From NCBI GenBank assembly GCA_016784025.1, contig JADHVL010000006.1, positions 13,859-77,858 on the forward strand: a stretch of 64,000 nucleotides of DNA. The letters are read 5' to 3'. The notes under the pieces are model-generated. The model did not search any database, was not told the origin of the DNA, and was given only the letters and a program-made list of their open reading frames with translations. A program made the translations under genes and the position numbers. Shown here piece after piece: positions 61,525 through 64,000 of this stretch. Position 1 is the stretch's first letter, and each line of letters opens with the position of its first letter. The stretch is from Fidelibacterota bacterium. GTDB taxonomy: Bacteria; Fidelibacterota; UBA8477; JABMPR01.

Positions 61525-64000
61525 ATGAAAAATCTATGTCGTATATCTCTGATTTTATTGATTGGGGCACAATTTCTCTTTTCAGGGACTTCAGGAAAAT
61601 TGACGGGTCGGGTGACCGATCAAAGTACAGGTGAAGCCCTTATTGGAGTAAATGTTTTTCTACCAGCCACCGGTCAGGGTGGCGCAACCGATTTAGATGG
61701 AAATTTCTACATACTGAACATCGCACCAGGTGAATATCAACTCCGCTGTTCCATGATTGGTTATTCAGAACAGGTCATCGACGGAATTCGGATAATGATT
61801 GATTTGACCACAACCCAGGATGTGCAGATGACGCTCAGCATTATTGAGGGAGACGTGGTCACCGTCACGGCAGACCGATCCATGATACAGGCTGATATTA
61901 CGCATGCACAGGCGAATATAAGTTCTGCCGAATTAGAAGCATTGCCTGTTGAGTCATTCCAGGCTGCAGTCTCACTACAGGCTGGTGTGGTTGTGGATGG
62001 TGCTGGAGCCATTCATATCAGGGGCGGACGCTCCTCTGAAGTCGCCTATTTGATCGATGGGATACCTGTGACCAACTCCTATGGTCAGAACATGGGTGTC
62101 GGCATCGAAAACAATGCGATTCAGGAACTTCAGGTCATTTCAGGAACATTTAATGCTGAATACGGCCAGGCCATGTCAGGTATTATCAATATTATTACCA
62201 AGGATGGAAGCTTGAGTGATTACTCTGGAGAGTTGAGCTACCGTTACGGTCGCTATATCTCAATGGATCCTGAAATATATCTTGGTATCATTCCAGGAGA
62301 TCTGGCTTTGAAAGATGATATCGATATTTCCAAGGTAGATATTTTCGGTACGAATCCAGATGTTTTTACACCCCAGGGCAGACATGATTTTCAATGGAGT
62401 ATGAGTGGTCCAGTACCAGGATTGTCAAAGAGTACGTCATTTTTCACCTCTGGAAGATATGAAGATTTAGCTGGTCGCCTGTATGGTGTACGACGTTTTA
62501 ATACAGATTCATTTTATTGGGATAACACCAATTCCATGCCCATCGAGAATGGTGAATACTTTTCTGACTATATTGATTATGGCGAGGATGGCTGTCCCGA
62601 TGAATATGAAAATGGGACAGGCGGCTGTGCCAGTGTACCCCTTAATCTTGGTGGTGACCCCAATGGAGACAATTGGGATTTCTATCTCAACCCCAACGGC
62701 GGAGAGGGCAATAATATCCGTGATGGAGGTGAATCGGGGAATGGTTTGTGGGATGGTGGCGATCGTGTATATCCGGTTGATCCTGATGTATATCTCGATA
62801 ATGCCACAGGTACCTGGTATCGTGATGTTGATGGAAATGGAGAATGGAACTCAGATGTAGATACAGATGTCGGTTTTCCACAATTCACCTATGAAGATGT
62901 CGATGGCAACGGAGCCTTGAGTGGGGAATGGTATTTTGATGGAGATCAAAACGGTGAATGGACCAATATGCGTGGTGACAACGCCGTGGTACCTCTCTAT
63001 AGCTCGAAGAGTCTTAATTTACAGGGCAAACTAACACACCGATTCTCACAACAATTGAAACTTTCTTTAAATGTCCTTTATGGAAGTTCCCAAACCTACA
63101 ACAGCAATGGCTTAAATTGGAAATATACTCCTGAGGGTCGAGCTACTTCCTATGGGACCAATATGAACATCGGTCTGGTGTTGCAGCATACCCTCAGCCC
63201 AGAGGCATTTTACAGTGTTAAAGCATCAATCCTGGGAAACTTTGGCCGATCCTATTATGAACCAATTTATGATGTAAACTGGAATCAGCTTTTTATGTCA
63301 AACATGTTCAATATCTCAGATTTTGACATGCCCGCTGATACTTCCTATGACACCAACAATCTGGAGGAATATGAGAATGACAATAACATTCTGGATGCCT
63401 CAATCGGTCAGAAATTTAATTTAGGTGGAATATCAAAATATCATCTTTATCGAATGACTCGCAGCCAGCTCATCAAATTTGATATGACCAATCAGGTAAA
63501 TAATATGCACCAGCTTCAGGGTGGTCTTGAATACAAATATACCAGCATTTTCCGTAGGGATTTTTCCATTATTTATGATCCTGCAGAAGGCTATTCCACC
63601 CCTCAAATCCTAACCCCAAATGTGAGTCCCTCAACACCAACTTACAGTGAGATGATTAAACATCCGTCTGAGTTTGCAGTCTATCTCCAGGATAAAATTG
63701 AAGTGGTTGATATGATTGTTAACGCAGGAATTCGATACGAAATATTTGATCCCGATGGTGTGACACCCTCAGATCCTGCAGATCCCAACCCCAGGTCTCC
63801 GCTAAAATTGATCAACAGATTCCATGATACAGATGGAGATGGTCAGATTTCAGAGGAAGAAGCAATAGATACCAATGCTAAAACCCTGGAAGATCGCATG
63901 GAGTACTGGTTCAAGGAAGCCTCAAAGAAGGTTCAGTTCAGCCCACGACTTGCTATGGCTTATCCCATCACAGATAAAGGTGTGTTGCATTTCTCCTATG
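61525..64000 (+). CDS. TonB-dependent receptor-like outer-membrane protein 4 (5' partial; runs off the window; absent from the ORF track)
   Basis: I translated frame 1 from ATG 61525 to 64000 by hand and found no stop. 'MKNLCRISLILLIGAQFLFSGTSGKLTGRVTDQSTGEALIGVNVFL', 'GDVVTVTADR', 'IHIRGGRSSEVAYLIDG' and 'GTFNAEYGQAMSGIINIITKDG' are collinear with receptor 3. The end '...FSPRLAMAYPITDKGVLHFSY' matches receptor 3 '...FSPRIGVAYPITDKGIIHFSY'. Confidence 0.85.
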   Translation, partial: MKNLCRISLILLIGAQFLFSGTSGKLTGRVTDQSTGEALIGVNVFLPATGQGGATDLDGNFYILNIAPGEYQLRCSMIGYSEQVIDGIRIMIDLTTTQDVQMTLSIIEGDVVTVTADRSMIQADITHAQANISSAELEALPVESFQAAVSLQAGVVVDGAGAIHIRGGRSSEVAYLIDGIPVTNSYGQNMGVGIENNAIQELQVISGTFNAEYGQAMSGIINIITKDGSLSDYSGELSYRYGRYISMDPEIYLGIIPGDLALKDDIDISKVDIFGTNPDVFTPQGRHDFQWSMSGPVPGLSKSTSFFTSGRYEDLAGRLYGVRRFNTDSFYWDNTNSMPIENGEYFSDYIDYGEDGCPDEYENGTGGCASVPLNLGGDPNGDNWDFYLNPNGGEGNNIRDGGESGNGLWDGGDRVYPVDPDVYLDNATGTWYRDVDGNGEWNSDVDTDVGFPQFTYEDVDGNGALSGEWYFDGDQNGEWTNMRGDNAVVPLYSSKSLNLQGKLTHRFSQQLKLSLNVLYGSSQTYNSNGLNWKYTPEGRATSYGTNMNIGLVLQHTLSPEAFYSVKASILGNFGRSYYEPIYDVNWNQLFMSNMFNISDFDMPADTSYDTNNLEEYENDNNILDASIGQKFNLGGISKYHLYRMTRSQLIKFDMTNQVNNMHQLQGGLEYKYTSIFRRDFSIIYDPAEGYSTPQILTPNVSPSTPTYSEMIKHPSEFAVYLQDKIEVVDMIVNAGIRYEIFDPDGVTPSDPADPNPRSPLKLINRFHDTDGDGQISEEEAIDTNAKTLEDRMEYWFKEASKKVQFSPRLAMAYPITDKGVLHFSY

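Noticed and set aside
62483-62888. Track ORFs 62483-62860 (+, frame 2), 62682-62888 (-) and 62687-62881 (-)
   Set aside because: They are overlapped by the edge-open frame-1 receptor gene starting at 61525, which has clear homology to receptor 3.

Overview
The window reads as a chromosomal segment from an FCB-radiation bacterium that is probably not a classical Bacteroidota. Many proteins end in T9SS type-A C-terminal sorting domains (CTDs) and a FISUMP-domain protein is present. However, genes carry clear Shine-Dalgarno sites, and several TTGACA/TATAAT-type promoters can be read. The lineage call is inference only.

Positions 1-28.2 kb are mostly housekeeping. They hold glycerate kinase with a GntP permease, tRNA-Leu and tRNA-Cys, a solitary groEL with a CIRCE operator, and dut. 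Next come a NagZ/serine-hydrolase fusion, a GlmU-like gene and a divergent ROK regulator, then rpsT, a Crp-family regulator, meaB, a pilin-like gene, tatC and a polyprenyl synthase. The stretch ends with two ABC ATPases, pgsA, ftsY, rimO and polA. Several structured intergenic repeats lie among these genes.

Positions 28.5-64 kb form an outer-membrane/secretome island, which is the most interesting part. It holds four paralogous CarboxypepD_reg-Plug-barrel TonB-dependent receptors. The fourth is open at the window end and is missing from the ORF track. Each complete receptor is immediately followed by a large T9SS-CTD protein of one shared uncharacterised family. Two cassettes are closed by a PorV/PorQ-like barrel. 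No SusD homolog and no dedicated regulator gene is present. Calcium-binding acidic repeats are inserted in both the barrels and the partner proteins.

Also in the island are a T9SS-targeted GHL10-family enzyme, an FG-GAP T9SS protein, an IPT-lipoprotein/beta-propeller pair, and a phytol-kinase-like/DUF92 fusion. I found no CRISPR array, rRNA, transposase or integrase.
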